Origin: Prochlorococcus sp. AG-679-M23
GTDB taxonomy: Bacteria > Cyanobacteriota > Cyanobacteriia > PCC-6307 > Cyanobiaceae
Direction: 5' to 3'
Length of the DNA: 64,000 nucleotides
Assembly (NCBI GenBank): GCA_003208875.1
Contig: QCUR01000001.1
Coordinates: forward strand, 160,001-224,000
A program made the translations under genes and the position numbers. Within the stretch, counting starts at the first letter, position 1. Every line of letters begins with the position of its first letter. Below are positions 46,367 through 57,096 of the stretch, piece by piece. The notes below the pieces were generated by a model, which ran no database searches, had not been told where the DNA came from, and saw only the letters and a list, made by a program, of their open reading frames with translations.

Positions 46367-46648
46367 TCATAAAGGCGTCGCTTCTGAGATATAAGCTACT
46401 CCACCGTAATAACTTAGATCAGACTTAATATTGTCACGCATTTGATCAATTAATTCTTGCTCACAGAAAACTATTACATGAGCATTTGAGCCTAACCCAG
46501 TAAATTCCATATCTTCAGTAACAACTCTTTCTGGACCTCTCCCAGTTGCATGTTTCATTACTGTATATCCTGGGACATTAGCTTTCTCTAATGTATTGAT
46601 AATTGCATCAAGCTCTCTTTCACTAAAAATTAAATCTAATCTTTTCAT
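46367..46648 (-). CDS. sbtB: PII-like protein SbtB
   Basis: GYTVMKHATGRG PII-like motif; immediately downstream of sbtA. Confidence 0.85.
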   Translation of the reverse strand: MKRLDLIFSERELDAIINTLEKANVPGYTVMKHATGRGPERVVTEDMEFTGLGSNAHVIVFCEQELIDQMRDNIKSDLSYYGGVAYISEATPL

Positions 46649-46651
46649 TTT

Positions 46652-47650
46652 TTACAATGGGGCAAGTGGGATGATTTTATTTACTAAACTCATATAGATT
46701 GGGATGCCTAGAACTATATTGAACGGAAAAGTTAAACCTAATGTCGTAGATATATAGTAACTTGATCGTGCTTCTGGGACAGTCATCCTCATTGCTGCCG
46801 GTACAGCTAAATAGGAGGCACTTGCACATAAAACCACAAATAAAAGTGCATTTCCAGGTCCTAGAGATAAAAATCTTGCAACGAAAACACCTATAAAAGC
46901 ATTAAATAATGGCATGAAGATTGCAAATCCAATTAAATATGAACCCGCATTCTTCAACCTTGGTAATCTTTGAGCTGCAACTATTCCCATGTCTAATAGG
47001 AAAAAACATTCTGCTCCATAAAAAAGTTGTCCAGTAAAAGGTTCCATTTTTGAAATGGCTGATGGATTACTGAAAGCCGTAAGAAAACCAACAATTAAAC
47101 TTGATAGTAATAAATAAACTGATCCATTTAAAAGAGATTCATGCAATATGGAGCTAAGATGCATTTTTCTTGAATTGGGTCTGTTTTTAGGAGCCGCAAA
47201 TTTTACTAGTAATAAGCCTACAATTATTGCTGGAGACTCCATTAAAGCTAAAGCCCCAACCATGAATCCATCGAAGTCTATACTTTGACTCTCTAAGAAA
47301 CTTTCTGCTGAGATAAAAGTTACAGCACTGATAGATCCATATGCAGCTGCGATAGCTGCTGAGTTAAAAACATCAAACTTGTATCTTAAGATGAAGAATC
47401 CAATCAGTGGAATTATTAACGACATCATTATCGCTGCACCTAATGTTGGTAAAACCTGATCAGTAAAACCACTTTTCTGTATTTCAATTCCTCCTTTAAA
47501 ACCAATTGCTAAAAGTAAGTATAAAGAAAAAAGTTTAGGTAAAGGAGCAGGTATTTCTAGGTCAGATTTAAAAAATATAGAAATTGCTCCAATTAAGAAA
47601 AATAGTACAGGAGGAGCTAATACATTTTGTAATATGGGATTTATTTCCAT
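46652..47650 (-). CDS. sbtA: SbtA-family Na+/bicarbonate transporter
   Basis: PPVLFF, SDLEIP, AIGFKGG, YGSISAVTF, MESPA, SASYLAVPAAMR, TFPFN. Confidence 0.9.
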   Translation of the reverse strand: MEINPILQNVLAPPVLFFLIGAISIFFKSDLEIPAPLPKLFSLYLLLAIGFKGGIEIQKSGFTDQVLPTLGAAIMMSLIIPLIGFFILRYKFDVFNSAAIAAAYGSISAVTFISAESFLESQSIDFDGFMVGALALMESPAIIVGLLLVKFAAPKNRPNSRKMHLSSILHESLLNGSVYLLLSSLIVGFLTAFSNPSAISKMEPFTGQLFYGAECFFLLDMGIVAAQRLPRLKNAGSYLIGFAIFMPLFNAFIGVFVARFLSLGPGNALLFVVLCASASYLAVPAAMRMTVPEARSSYYISTTLGLTFPFNIVLGIPIYMSLVNKIIPLAPL

Positions 47651-47656
47651 AAATTA

Positions 47657-49312
47657 TTAGGCTAATTCATTTAAAGCAGCTTCTAAAGCTTCTTTCCTTG
47701 TCTCAATTATTCCATCAACCCCAAATTTGGATAATCTTTCTTTAACTTTTTCATTAGCTCCTGCTACAAATGCTTTTCTAGAATTATTTTTAGCTTCTTG
47801 CATCATATCTTCAATTGCAAGTGTAGCTGTCACTCCAACTCTAGGGACATCAGTGATATCTAAGATTAAAATTTTATAGTTTCTTACTAACATCATTCTC
47901 TCAGTAATACCTTTTGCTGCACCAAAACTTAGTGGGCCTTTTAGTCTAAATAACATTACCTCTCCAGAACATCTATCAAGAAGAGCTTTTTCATCAGAGG
48001 GTAAAAGATTTTTACTTTGCTCATTATCTTTAGATAAAGGATTATCCTGATCCATTCCTTCTAATTGCGTTTCAGTAATTGAATCAATAGTTAGCATATT
48101 TGCAATAAATACTCCAACTAATACTGCCCATATTAAATCCCAAAAAACTGTCATTAGTAATACACCATACATAACAACTGCAGTTTTAAGAGATAATTTG
48201 TGAGCTCTTCTCAAGAATCCCCAGTCAATAATATCCAAACCTACTTTGATAAGAATCCCTGCTAAAAGAGCTGTAGGTATTTGCTCTGCTAATGGTCCAG
48301 CACCTACTAAAACTATTAATAGAACTACTGAATGAACCATTCCTGAAATAGGAGTAGAGCCACCAGATTTAACATTTATAACAGTTCTCATTGTAGCCCC
48401 AGCTCCAGGTAAACCTGAAAATAGTCCAGCTATAGCATTTCCTATTCCCTGGCCAATTAATTCTCTATCAGAATTATGTCTTGTTTGAGAAATATTATCT
48501 GCAACTAGAGAGGTGAGTAAAGAGTCAATAGCTCCAAGAACTGCCAGAACCAAGCCAGCTTTGAAAATGATAGGAAAGTATTGATTAAAGCTTGGAAAGC
48601 TTAGAGATGGCACTCCTCTAGGGATTTCACCAATTCTGTCTAATGCACCATCGCCAAAAATTAATATTGATAGTGGTGTGACTATTAATAAGGCTAGAAG
48701 AGGGGAGGGTACCCATTGGCTAATTTTTCTAGGTGTTAGAAATACTATGCCTAGTGTCATTATTGCTACACCAATAGCAGCTCCATTCGGTTGGAAATTA
48801 GAAAAAACAGTTGATAAAGACTCGACTACGCCTCCTCGGGTACTTATTCCTAATAGTGGACCAATCTGAAGAGCAATTATTATCACTCCTATGCCAGACA
48901 TAAATCCGGAGACCACAGAATATGGAACAAGAGTTATATATTTACCAAGCTTTAAAATTCCAAACAATATTTGTAATAATCCTCCAATTACTACTGCAGC
49001 CATTACTAAAGGTAAAATTTGACCTGCTGAAAGATCTCTAGGTACACCAACAGCTGCTAAACCTGCTACAACTCCTGCCACTGTTACGCTCATTGGACCA
49101 GTTGGACCACTAACTTGAGCGGGGGTACCCCCAAATAAAGCAGCTAAAAAGCCAACAACAACTGCTCCATATAAACCGTAAATTGCACCCCCAGGTCCTA
49201 AGGCTGCGTTTCCAAACGCAAGTGCAAGAGGTAAAGCTACTACTGCAGCTGTTATTCCTCCTAAAATATCACCCCTTATATTCTTAAGATTAAATCCATT
49301 AATTATTTCCAA
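47657..49312 (-). CDS. bicA: SulP/SLC26 anion transporter with STAS domain (BicA-like)
   Basis: GDILGGITAAVVALPLALAFG, SGPTGPM, DSLLTS, GAGATMRT, C-terminal STAS (GPLSFG); same operon as sbtA. Confidence 0.82.
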   Translation of the reverse strand: MEIINGFNLKNIRGDILGGITAAVVALPLALAFGNAALGPGGAIYGLYGAVVVGFLAALFGGTPAQVSGPTGPMSVTVAGVVAGLAAVGVPRDLSAGQILPLVMAAVVIGGLLQILFGILKLGKYITLVPYSVVSGFMSGIGVIIIALQIGPLLGISTRGGVVESLSTVFSNFQPNGAAIGVAIMTLGIVFLTPRKISQWVPSPLLALLIVTPLSILIFGDGALDRIGEIPRGVPSLSFPSFNQYFPIIFKAGLVLAVLGAIDSLLTSLVADNISQTRHNSDRELIGQGIGNAIAGLFSGLPGAGATMRTVINVKSGGSTPISGMVHSVVLLIVLVGAGPLAEQIPTALLAGILIKVGLDIIDWGFLRRAHKLSLKTAVVMYGVLLMTVFWDLIWAVLVGVFIANMLTIDSITETQLEGMDQDNPLSKDNEQSKNLLPSDEKALLDRCSGEVMLFRLKGPLSFGAAKGITERMMLVRNYKILILDITDVPRVGVTATLAIEDMMQEAKNNSRKAFVAGANEKVKERLSKFGVDGIIETRKEALEAALNELA

Positions 49313-49539
49313 AGAAAATCTCCTTAAATAAATACATTAACTAAAAGATATTATCTCTTTATGTCCAAAATTTGTTAAAAAATTAAATTTGTGAAAAATA
49401 TATCAACAACTTTTAAAAAATTTTTTTAAGTTCATTAGGTTAATTTTCCTGAACAAAAAAGGATTTTGGTTATTTTTTATGGAAGTCAAGAGACTATCGT
49501 ATTAGTTAAATAATTACTTTATAACTTCAAAATATTCAA

Positions 49540-50541
49540 ATGAATTTGATCATTCGCCCAAGAAGATTAAGAAGGACAGACGCAATAAGAGAGATGGTAA
49601 GAGAAAATCATCTGCATCCTGAAGATTTTATATATCCATTGTTTATTCATGAAAAGGATTTCCAAGAAGAAATATCTGCAATGCCTGGTATTTATAGATG
49701 GGACATGAATGGATTAATTAAAGAAGTTTCTAGAGCCTGGGAATTAGGTATTAGATGTATTGTACTTTTTCCAAAAATTGACGATAGTTTAAAAACAGAA
49801 GATGGATCAGAATGTTTTAATGAAGCCGGTTTAATACCAAAGGCTATTCGAATGTTAAAAAAAGAGATACCTGAGATGGCAATTATGACTGATGTTGCCT
49901 TAGATCCCTATTCATGTGATGGACATGATGGCTTGGTTGATGACAATGGAAAAATATTGAATGATGAAACCATTGAGATTCTTAAAAAACAGGCTATTAC
50001 CCAAGCAAGAGCGGGGGCAGATTTTATTGGTCCAAGTGACATGATGGATGGGAGAGTTGGAGCTATAAGAACTGCTTTGGATATTGAGGGATTTAGCGAT
50101 GTGGGAATTATTAGCTATACCGCAAAATTTTCATCTGCTTATTATGGACCTTTTAGAACAGCTTTAGATTCTGCCCCGAAAGAGAACAATAGGAAAATAA
50201 TTCCAAATAATAAATCAACATATCAAATGGATCCTGCTAACTCGAAGGAGGCTTTAATTGAATCGGCATTAGATCAATATGAGGGGGCAGATATTTTGAT
50301 GGTAAAACCTGGTGTCTCTTATCTAGACATAGTTTATCGGCTGAGTACTTTTTCGAATAAACCAATAGCTGCTTATAACGTGAGTGGAGAATATTCAATG
50401 GTAAAGGCTGCTGCTATGAAAAATTGGATTAATGAAAAGGATATTGTTTTAGAAACATTGCTTAGTTTCAAAAGAGCAGGGGCAAAATTAATACTCACCT
50501 ATCATGCTTGTGATGCATCAAAATGGTTGAATGAGAAATAA
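49540..50541 (+). CDS. hemB: Porphobilinogen synthase
   Basis: RPRRLR, DVALDPY..DGHDG (Asp-rich metal site), PSDMMDGR, YGPFR, MVKP, YNVSGEY. Confidence 0.97.
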   Translation: MNLIIRPRRLRRTDAIREMVRENHLHPEDFIYPLFIHEKDFQEEISAMPGIYRWDMNGLIKEVSRAWELGIRCIVLFPKIDDSLKTEDGSECFNEAGLIPKAIRMLKKEIPEMAIMTDVALDPYSCDGHDGLVDDNGKILNDETIEILKKQAITQARAGADFIGPSDMMDGRVGAIRTALDIEGFSDVGIISYTAKFSSAYYGPFRTALDSAPKENNRKIIPNNKSTYQMDPANSKEALIESALDQYEGADILMVKPGVSYLDIVYRLSTFSNKPIAAYNVSGEYSMVKAAAMKNWINEKDIVLETLLSFKRAGAKLILTYHACDASKWLNEK

Positions 50542-50596
50542 AAACTCATTAAAATTAAAAAATTTGTTTATTCTTAAATAAATATTATTCATTATT

Positions 50597-50992
50597 TTGC
50601 TTTTAAAAGGTTCAAAAGGTGTCCAAAGAATCGGACATATTGCACTTAGGGTAGAAAATCTCGATAGAGCTAAGTCTTTTTATATGGACTTAGGTATGAA
50701 ATTAATTTGGGATGATAAAGATTGGTGCTATCTAGAGGCTGCTGGTAAAGGAAAAGATGGACTTGCTTTATTGGGGTCTAGTTATAAAGCAGCTGGTCCA
50801 CATTTTGCTTTTCATTTTGAAGAAAAAAAGGAAGTGGAAAATATTTATTCAGATTTAAAAAAATCTGGAGTGAAAGTTGCACCTATTCATGAACATCGAG
50901 ATGGAACAGCATCTTTTTATATGCAAGATACCGAAGGAAATTGGCTTGAGATGCTTTATGTTCCTGCAGGTGGGATTAAATCAAATATTTGA
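50597..50992 (+). CDS. VOC/glyoxalase-family protein
   Basis: GHIALRV...FY..LG, HFAF, FYMQDTEGNWLE. Confidence 0.85.
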   Translation: MLLKGSKGVQRIGHIALRVENLDRAKSFYMDLGMKLIWDDKDWCYLEAAGKGKDGLALLGSSYKAAGPHFAFHFEEKKEVENIYSDLKKSGVKVAPIHEHRDGTASFYMQDTEGNWLEMLYVPAGGIKSNI

Positions 50993-51005
50993 TTCTTTCA
51001 ATTGA

Positions 51006-53417
51006 ATGATAGAGAAAAGTTATTATAAAAATTCATCCGCTCATAGATCACTTTCAGAAGAATCTATAAAACTTTTAGAGTGGGACAATTTAAAAATTCA
51101 GCTCTCCTCTTTTGCCTCTACAAAAATGGGAGAAAATGCGATATTAGAGTTTGACATTCCTACTGATTATGAAATTTCCAGAAGATTATTGCAAGAAACT
51201 ATCGAAATAAATGAGTTAGAAAAGAACCTAGATAAATCGATTAGTTTTTCAGGTGTATTTGACATAAGTAAAAATATTGAGATTTGTTCAAAAGGAGGAG
51301 TTATTAGTTCTTCTGAATTATTAGAAATAGCTGAAACAATATCTGCGGCAAAAGATTTAAAAAAAATACTTTTAGATTTTGAGCAAAGACCTTTTATCTC
51401 TTCTTTTTTAAGTCGTTTAATTGATCATAATCAGATTGAGAAAATTTTAAAAATTGGTATTGAATCAAATGGTAGAATTTCTGATCGAGCAAGTCAGAAA
51501 TTAGCAAAACTTAGGCAAGAATTATTATCTAAGAAATCAGAAAGAAGGATATTAGTAGATAAATTTATTCAAAAAAATACTAATTATATTCAAGATAATA
51601 TTATTGGTGATAGATATGGAAGACCTGTTTTAGCTATTAAAGTACAATTTGCTGAGAAATTTAAAGGTATAATTCATGATTCCTCTGCATCAGGGAATAC
51701 CATATATTTGGAGCCAGAATCTATAGTATTTAAGGGTAATAAAATTGCTTCTATGGAAGCGAGAGTAGCAGGAGAAGAATTTAAATTATTAAAAGAATGG
51801 TCGCAAATTATTCGTGATAATAATAAAAGCCTTATTGATATGTCAGAGATTCTATTGAAAACTGAGCATGCTCTAACACGTTCAAGATATTCAAATTGGA
51901 TTGGAGGTTGTGCTCCGATTATTGAAAATAGTCCAATAGTTAATTTAATAGGTTTTTCGCACCCTCTTTTGATTTGGGAAAATAAAAAAAAAGAAGCTCC
52001 CAAACCAGTATCTATAGATTTTCATATAAATAGAAATACTAAAGTAGTAGCTATAACGGGGCCGAATACTGGAGGTAAAACTGTCGCTCTAAAAGGTCTT
52101 GGGATAGCATTATTGATGGCTAGATCAGGATTATTTATTCCATCAATAAAAAATCCAATAATCCCTTTTTGTCCAAATATATTTGTGGATATTGGTGATG
52201 ATCAATCATTAGAGGGGAATTTATCTACTTTCAGTGGCCATATTTTGCGTATTAGAAATATTCTAGAATCTCTTAATAATAAAAAAGGTTTATCAGTTGT
52301 TTTATTAGATGAAATAGGATCTGGGACAGATCCTTCTGAAGGTACTGCTCTTGCAATTGCGTTACTGAAAGCATTCGCAACCTTATCTGATATAACTCTA
52401 GCTACAACTCATTATGGTGATATAAAAGCTTTGAAATATAGTGATAATAGATTCGAAAATGTTTCAGTTGCTTTTGACGAAGAATCTCTCAAGCCAAAGT
52501 ACACCCTAAATTGGGGAATACCTGGAAGAAGCAATGCCTTATCAATTTCAAGGAGAATTGGGATTGATGAAAAAATACTTAATGAAGCTGCTAATTATTT
52601 AAAACCGAAAGAAGTTGAAAATATAAATAATATTATTAAAGGGCTGGAAGATGAGAGGATAAAGCAACAAAATTCGGCAGAAGAGGCTGCTGAACTTATA
52701 GCTAGAACAGAAATATTACATGATGAAATAAAGAATAATTATGAATTTCAAAAAATTAATGCTGAAAAAATTCAAGAAAGTGAAAGACAAAAATTATCAA
52801 AACATATTAGAGCAGCTAAAAAAGAGGTTATTAGTCTGATTAAGAAATTAAAAGACCAAAATGCAAATGGAGAAGACTCTAGATTAATTGGAATTAGGCT
52901 TAAAGAGATTGAGACGGAACATTTAACTCAAACAAATATCAATAAAGAAATTTCTTGGAGTCCTAAAATAGGAGATTTTATAAAAATTAAAAGTTTAAAT
53001 AGTACTGGTCAAATAGTAGATATAGATCAAAAAGCGAGATCTTTCGAGGTTATATGCGGATCATTTAGAAGTACATTATTAATTAATGAATTTGAAGGTC
53101 TTAATGGGGAAAAACCCAATTTCAACAACTCTAAAATTCAAATAAATTCTGTAAGAGAAGATTTTTCTTTTTCTAAAATTAGAACAAGTAAAAATACCAT
53201 AGACGTTAGAGGTATGAGAGTTCATGAAGCAGAAATAATAATTGAGGAAAAAATTAGAAAGTTTCATGGCCCGCTTTGGATAGTTCATGGAATTGGCACT
53301 GGAAAATTAAAAAAAGGTCTACGTATTTGGTTATCTGGTTTGCATTATGTTGATAAAGTTGAAGATGCAGCAATCAATGAAGGAGGTAGTGGTTGCAGTA
53401 TTGCGTGGATAAAATAA
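51006..53417 (+). CDS. mutS2: MutS2 with C-terminal Smr domain
   Basis: TGPNTGGKT, DIGDDQS, STFSGH, DEIGSGTDP, TTHY; Smr motifs IDVRG and HGIGTG. Confidence 0.95.
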   Translation: MIEKSYYKNSSAHRSLSEESIKLLEWDNLKIQLSSFASTKMGENAILEFDIPTDYEISRRLLQETIEINELEKNLDKSISFSGVFDISKNIEICSKGGVISSSELLEIAETISAAKDLKKILLDFEQRPFISSFLSRLIDHNQIEKILKIGIESNGRISDRASQKLAKLRQELLSKKSERRILVDKFIQKNTNYIQDNIIGDRYGRPVLAIKVQFAEKFKGIIHDSSASGNTIYLEPESIVFKGNKIASMEARVAGEEFKLLKEWSQIIRDNNKSLIDMSEILLKTEHALTRSRYSNWIGGCAPIIENSPIVNLIGFSHPLLIWENKKKEAPKPVSIDFHINRNTKVVAITGPNTGGKTVALKGLGIALLMARSGLFIPSIKNPIIPFCPNIFVDIGDDQSLEGNLSTFSGHILRIRNILESLNNKKGLSVVLLDEIGSGTDPSEGTALAIALLKAFATLSDITLATTHYGDIKALKYSDNRFENVSVAFDEESLKPKYTLNWGIPGRSNALSISRRIGIDEKILNEAANYLKPKEVENINNIIKGLEDERIKQQNSAEEAAELIARTEILHDEIKNNYEFQKINAEKIQESERQKLSKHIRAAKKEVISLIKKLKDQNANGEDSRLIGIRLKEIETEHLTQTNINKEISWSPKIGDFIKIKSLNSTGQIVDIDQKARSFEVICGSFRSTLLINEFEGLNGEKPNFNNSKIQINSVREDFSFSKIRTSKNTIDVRGMRVHEAEIIIEEKIRKFHGPLWIVHGIGTGKLKKGLRIWLSGLHYVDKVEDAAINEGGSGCSIAWIK

Positions 53418-53458
53418 ACTTTGTAAGTATTTATAAAAAATCATTAAAAAATTTTTAA

Positions 53459-54442
53459 GTGCAATTTATTGATCAAGCAAATATTATTCTCAAAGCTGGT
53501 AAAGGCGGTAATGGAATCGTCTCATTTAGAAGAGAAAAATTTGTTCCAGCCGGTGGACCTTCAGGAGGTAATGGAGGAAAGGGTGGTTCAATAATCATTA
53601 TTGCTGATAATAATCTTCAAACACTTTTAGATTTTAAATTTAATAGAGAAATATTTGCAAAAGATGGTTTCAAGGGAGGTCCAAACAAAAGATCTGGAGC
53701 TTCAGGAGAAAATACAATCCTAAAAGTTCCCTGTGGCACAGAAATTAGAGATTTTAATACTGGTATTATCCTAGGGGATTTAACTGAGGATAAGCAAAGC
53801 TTAACTATTGCTCATGGAGGGAGAGGCGGACATGGGAATGCTTATTATTTAAGTAATCAAAATAGGGCTCCTGAATCTTTCACTGAGGGAAAAGAAGGAG
53901 AGATATGGGAGGTGCAATTAGAATTAAAACTTCTTGCTGAAGTAGGTATTATAGGTCTTCCTAATGCTGGGAAGAGTACCTTAATTTCTGTTTTATCATC
54001 AGCAAGACCTAAAATCGCAAATTACCCTTTTACAACTTTGATACCTAATTTAGGTGTAGTAAGAAAAGCTGATGGGAATGGGTGCCTTTTTGCCGATATC
54101 CCTGGTTTAATATCTGGGGCTGCTGAAGGAGTAGGATTGGGACATGATTTTTTAAGACATATACAAAGAACTAAAATACTTATTCATTTGATTGATTCAA
54201 TTGCTGAAAATCCTATTCATGATTTCGAGATAATTGAGAAAGAATTAAAACGATATGGAAGTGGTCTTTTAAATAAAGAAAGAATAGTTGTACTTAATAA
54301 GATGGAACTTGTAGATGAAAATTATTTGCAAACAATTACAAAAAAGTTAGAAAATTTATCTAAGAAAAAAGTTTTAGTTATTTCTTCATCTTTACGAAAA
54401 GGTTTATCACCACTACTCTCTGAGGTTTGGAAGCGAATTTAA
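53459..54442 (+). CDS. obgE: GTPase Obg/CgtA
   Basis: Gly-rich Obg fold, [28 protein letters not shown]. Confidence 0.97.
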   Translation: MQFIDQANIILKAGKGGNGIVSFRREKFVPAGGPSGGNGGKGGSIIIIADNNLQTLLDFKFNREIFAKDGFKGGPNKRSGASGENTILKVPCGTEIRDFNTGIILGDLTEDKQSLTIAHGGRGGHGNAYYLSNQNRAPESFTEGKEGEIWEVQLELKLLAEVGIIGLPNAGKSTLISVLSSARPKIANYPFTTLIPNLGVVRKADGNGCLFADIPGLISGAAEGVGLGHDFLRHIQRTKILIHLIDSIAENPIHDFEIIEKELKRYGSGLLNKERIVVLNKMELVDENYLQTITKKLENLSKKKVLVISSSLRKGLSPLLSEVWKRI

Positions 54443-54529
54443 TTTATTGAAAATATTATTTTATTGATTAAATTACTTGATTTAATTTAGGAAATTAGCC
54501 ATAAATTAGATATTGCCTTTAATAAACTT

Positions 54530-54712
54530 ATGAATTTTTATAGTTGCTTTGATCAACAAGGACAAATAATTGCCAGGTGCCAGACTATCCAAGATATTCA
54601 AGTTTTAAAGAAAATGGGAAGACCGATAGTAGAAGTAAAAGAAATGAAGAATGAAGAATCTGTTGTCTGTTCATTAACTGGAAGTCCATCTGATTTCAAT
54701 ATGGATTATTAA
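54530..54712 (+). CDS. Small hypothetical protein (60 aa, 3 Cys)
   Basis: ATG-initiated ORF in an otherwise empty gap, followed by a terminator. Confidence 0.7.
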   Translation: MNFYSCFDQQGQIIARCQTIQDIQVLKKMGRPIVEVKEMKNEESVVCSLTGSPSDFNMDY

Positions 54713-54742
54713 TAAAAGATAAAAGATAAAAATAAAAAAAGG

Positions 54743-54773
54743 AAAGGGGCTATTAAAGCCCCTTTTATTTTTT
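54743..54773. terminator. Probably bidirectional intrinsic terminator between the 60-aa gene and cp12
   Basis: AAAGGGGCT-ATTAA-AGCCCCTTT, flanked by an A-rich run on the left and a T-rich run on the right. Confidence 0.8.
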
Positions 54774-54792
54774 ACATTTTTAAAGTTAAAAA

Positions 54793-55011
54793 TTAATCGT
54801 CATAAACTAAACATTCAGGTTCGTCTGGATTTGCATCGCAGAATAACTCTAATGCATTCGGATCATGCTTATCTTCAGGATGATGATCTTTATATCCTTC
54901 GAGATCTTTTAATTCTTCAGTTAAATGTCTGACCTTTGGAAGATTTCCCTCTTCTTTTGCAGAGGCGATTTCCGATTGATCTTTTTGAATGTGTTCGTCA
55001 ATGGATTTCAT
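54793..55011 (-). CDS. cp12: CP12 Calvin-cycle regulator, marine type with only the C-terminal Cys pair
   Basis: C-terminus LELFCDANPDEPECLVYDD. Confidence 0.9.
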   Translation of the reverse strand: MKSIDEHIQKDQSEIASAKEEGNLPKVRHLTEELKDLEGYKDHHPEDKHDPNALELFCDANPDEPECLVYDD

Positions 55012-55141
55012 TTTCAGTTTTTCATACTAAAGTAGATATCTATAACATAGTTAATTTGAATTGATTTTGCATCATGTATTTATAAAGTTCGTGTTCATTA
55101 CAACATGAAATTTTTGAATCAATAATTATTTGAAAATAAAT

Positions 55142-56089
55142 CTACTTTGGAAGTGATTGCATTATTTCCTTTAAAGTAGGTAAAACTGGGATGATTTGAT
55201 TGGGATTTAAAGGGAATAATGCTTTGTAATAATCTTTTTTCCATTCAGAGTCAAAACATGTTTCAGAAACCTTTGTTAATTTAAAAAATCTTAATCTCCA
55301 TTTAATAATATTTTTAAAATCTGAAATTTCTTTTGCAGTACATTTAAAAAGTTGCTTATAAATTAATTCCCAACGAATAATTGTTGGAAATAAATAGATA
55401 TCCGCATAAGTTAAATCTTCTCCACAAATCCAATTACCACAATTCTTCTCAAGCTTTTTTTCTATTTTAGTTAAAGTTTCAAAAAGGTTCTTACTTGCTT
55501 TTTCATAAGAGATCTGATTTCTGGCAAATCCGCATTTATAAACCCCATTGTTAATGTCCGAATGAATTATTTCTAGTAAATCTTGATCACATTTACTTAT
55601 TTGAAGTGTTTTTTGAGAGGAGTCTCCTTTTATTGAGTTCAGAAACCTTACTATTTCAGAACTTTCATTAGATAAAATATCAATCTGTTCATTTTGAAAA
55701 TTAAATAATAATGGTAGCGTCGACCTGAAAAGATTACGCTTTTGCGCTTTTTTATAAAATTGATGAAGAGTCTCGCATCCCTCAAACTTTTCATTGAAAA
55801 TCCATTGTCCACTATTTATATCTGCTTCTAAAAAAATAACTTTGACTTTCTTTGATAAGTTTTTCAGCTTGTAAATGAGTAAAGTTCTATGGCACCACGG
55901 ACAAGAATTCCCTACTAATAAGTAAGTATTTTCATTATTGACTTTAAATTCATAATTTTTTTTTATTAGTATTCCTCTCGGCCTTCTATAATTTCCTTGT
56001 AAATCTGAAGGTGCGAAACCATTCATTAATTTTGTCCAAAACCAAAACCAGAATTTTTGCGAAAAGTTAATGAGGTACTTATTTTGCAT
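55142..56089 (-). CDS. Glutathione S-transferase, glutathionyl-hydroquinone reductase-like
   Basis: CPWCHR, NESSEI, INNGVYKCGFA..Q..Y, LTYADIYLFPTIIRW. Confidence 0.88.
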   Translation of the reverse strand: MQNKYLINFSQKFWFWFWTKLMNGFAPSDLQGNYRRPRGILIKKNYEFKVNNENTYLLVGNSCPWCHRTLLIYKLKNLSKKVKVIFLEADINSGQWIFNEKFEGCETLHQFYKKAQKRNLFRSTLPLLFNFQNEQIDILSNESSEIVRFLNSIKGDSSQKTLQISKCDQDLLEIIHSDINNGVYKCGFARNQISYEKASKNLFETLTKIEKKLEKNCGNWICGEDLTYADIYLFPTIIRWELIYKQLFKCTAKEISDFKNIIKWRLRFFKLTKVSETCFDSEWKKDYYKALFPLNPNQIIPVLPTLKEIMQSLPK

Positions 56090-56112
56090 AAACTTAGAAA
56101 TTTAATTTTTAA

Positions 56113-57000
56113 ATGATCTTGAAAAAAATACTAATTGTTTCTGGTACTCATGGAAATGAAATAAATCCAGTATGGGCAATCAATCAATTCAATAAACAGT
56201 TTAAAACTATTGATAAAAATATTGAATATAAATTCATCATAGGAAACCCTCTTGCTTATGAAAGAGGTTGTAGATATATAAATAATGACTTAAATAGATC
56301 TTTTACTTCAACTCAAGATAATAGTATTTATGAAAATAATAGGGCAAAATTTTTAGTTGATAAGTTTGGATTCAATGGTTCAGAACCTTGTGATGTTGCT
56401 ATTGACTTGCACACCACTACGGCAAATATGGGAACAAGTATTGTTATTTATGGAAGAAGAATAAAAGATTTTTGTTTAGCAGCGCTACTTCAGCATAAAT
56501 TTGGCTTACCAATTTATTTGCATGAAAAAGATTTAAAACAAACTGGATTTCTCGTAGAAGCATGGCCATGTGGATTAGTCCTTGAAATAGGACCTGTTGC
56601 GCAAAATTTTTATGACCCAATAATTATAAATAGATTTCTTATAATTATTAGTTCTTTGAGAGATGAGTTAAACAAGTTAAAAAATAATCAAATAAGACTC
56701 CCGAAAGATTTAGTTGTCCATATTCATAAAGGAAGTATTGATTATCCAAGAGACAAAAATGGAAATATCAATGCTTTAATTCATCCTGAGAGAATCAATC
56801 AAGATTGGAAGCCTATAAAAAAGGACGATCCGTTATTTATGGATATGGAGGGTAAAACTAAAACTTATACAGATGAAGATACTATTTGGCCTGTCTTTAT
56901 TGGTGAGGTCGCTTATAAAGAAAAGAATATTGCAATGAGTTTTACAAAAAAAGAAGTAGTAAGTGTCACAGATAAAATGTATGAGGAATTTTTTAGTTAG
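56113..57000 (+). CDS. Aspartoacylase family (M14-like Zn hydrolase)
   Basis: GTHGNE, DLNRSF, IDLHTTTANMG, EIGP, FIGEVAY.EK. Confidence 0.9.
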   Translation: MILKKILIVSGTHGNEINPVWAINQFNKQFKTIDKNIEYKFIIGNPLAYERGCRYINNDLNRSFTSTQDNSIYENNRAKFLVDKFGFNGSEPCDVAIDLHTTTANMGTSIVIYGRRIKDFCLAALLQHKFGLPIYLHEKDLKQTGFLVEAWPCGLVLEIGPVAQNFYDPIIINRFLIIISSLRDELNKLKNNQIRLPKDLVVHIHKGSIDYPRDKNGNINALIHPERINQDWKPIKKDDPLFMDMEGKTKTYTDEDTIWPVFIGEVAYKEKNIAMSFTKKEVVSVTDKMYEEFFS

Positions 57001-57066
57001 GTTTTATATGATACGTAATTTCCCTTTTTTACATAAGAATAATTTATCTAAGGTATAAGATTTTTT

Positions 57067-57096
57067 TTCACATTATTGATGATTTTGGACTATATT
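57067..57096 (+). promoter_or_regulatory. Candidate sigma70-type promoter of psbA copy 1
   Basis: TTCACA (57067-72), 18-nt spacer, TATATT (57091-96); inferred from motif similarity only. Confidence 0.5.

Noticed and set aside
49391..49409. TGTGA...TCAACA upstream of bicA as a CRP- or NtcA-type site
   Set aside because: Spacing and second half-site do not fit TGTGA-N6-TCACA or GTA-N8-TAC.
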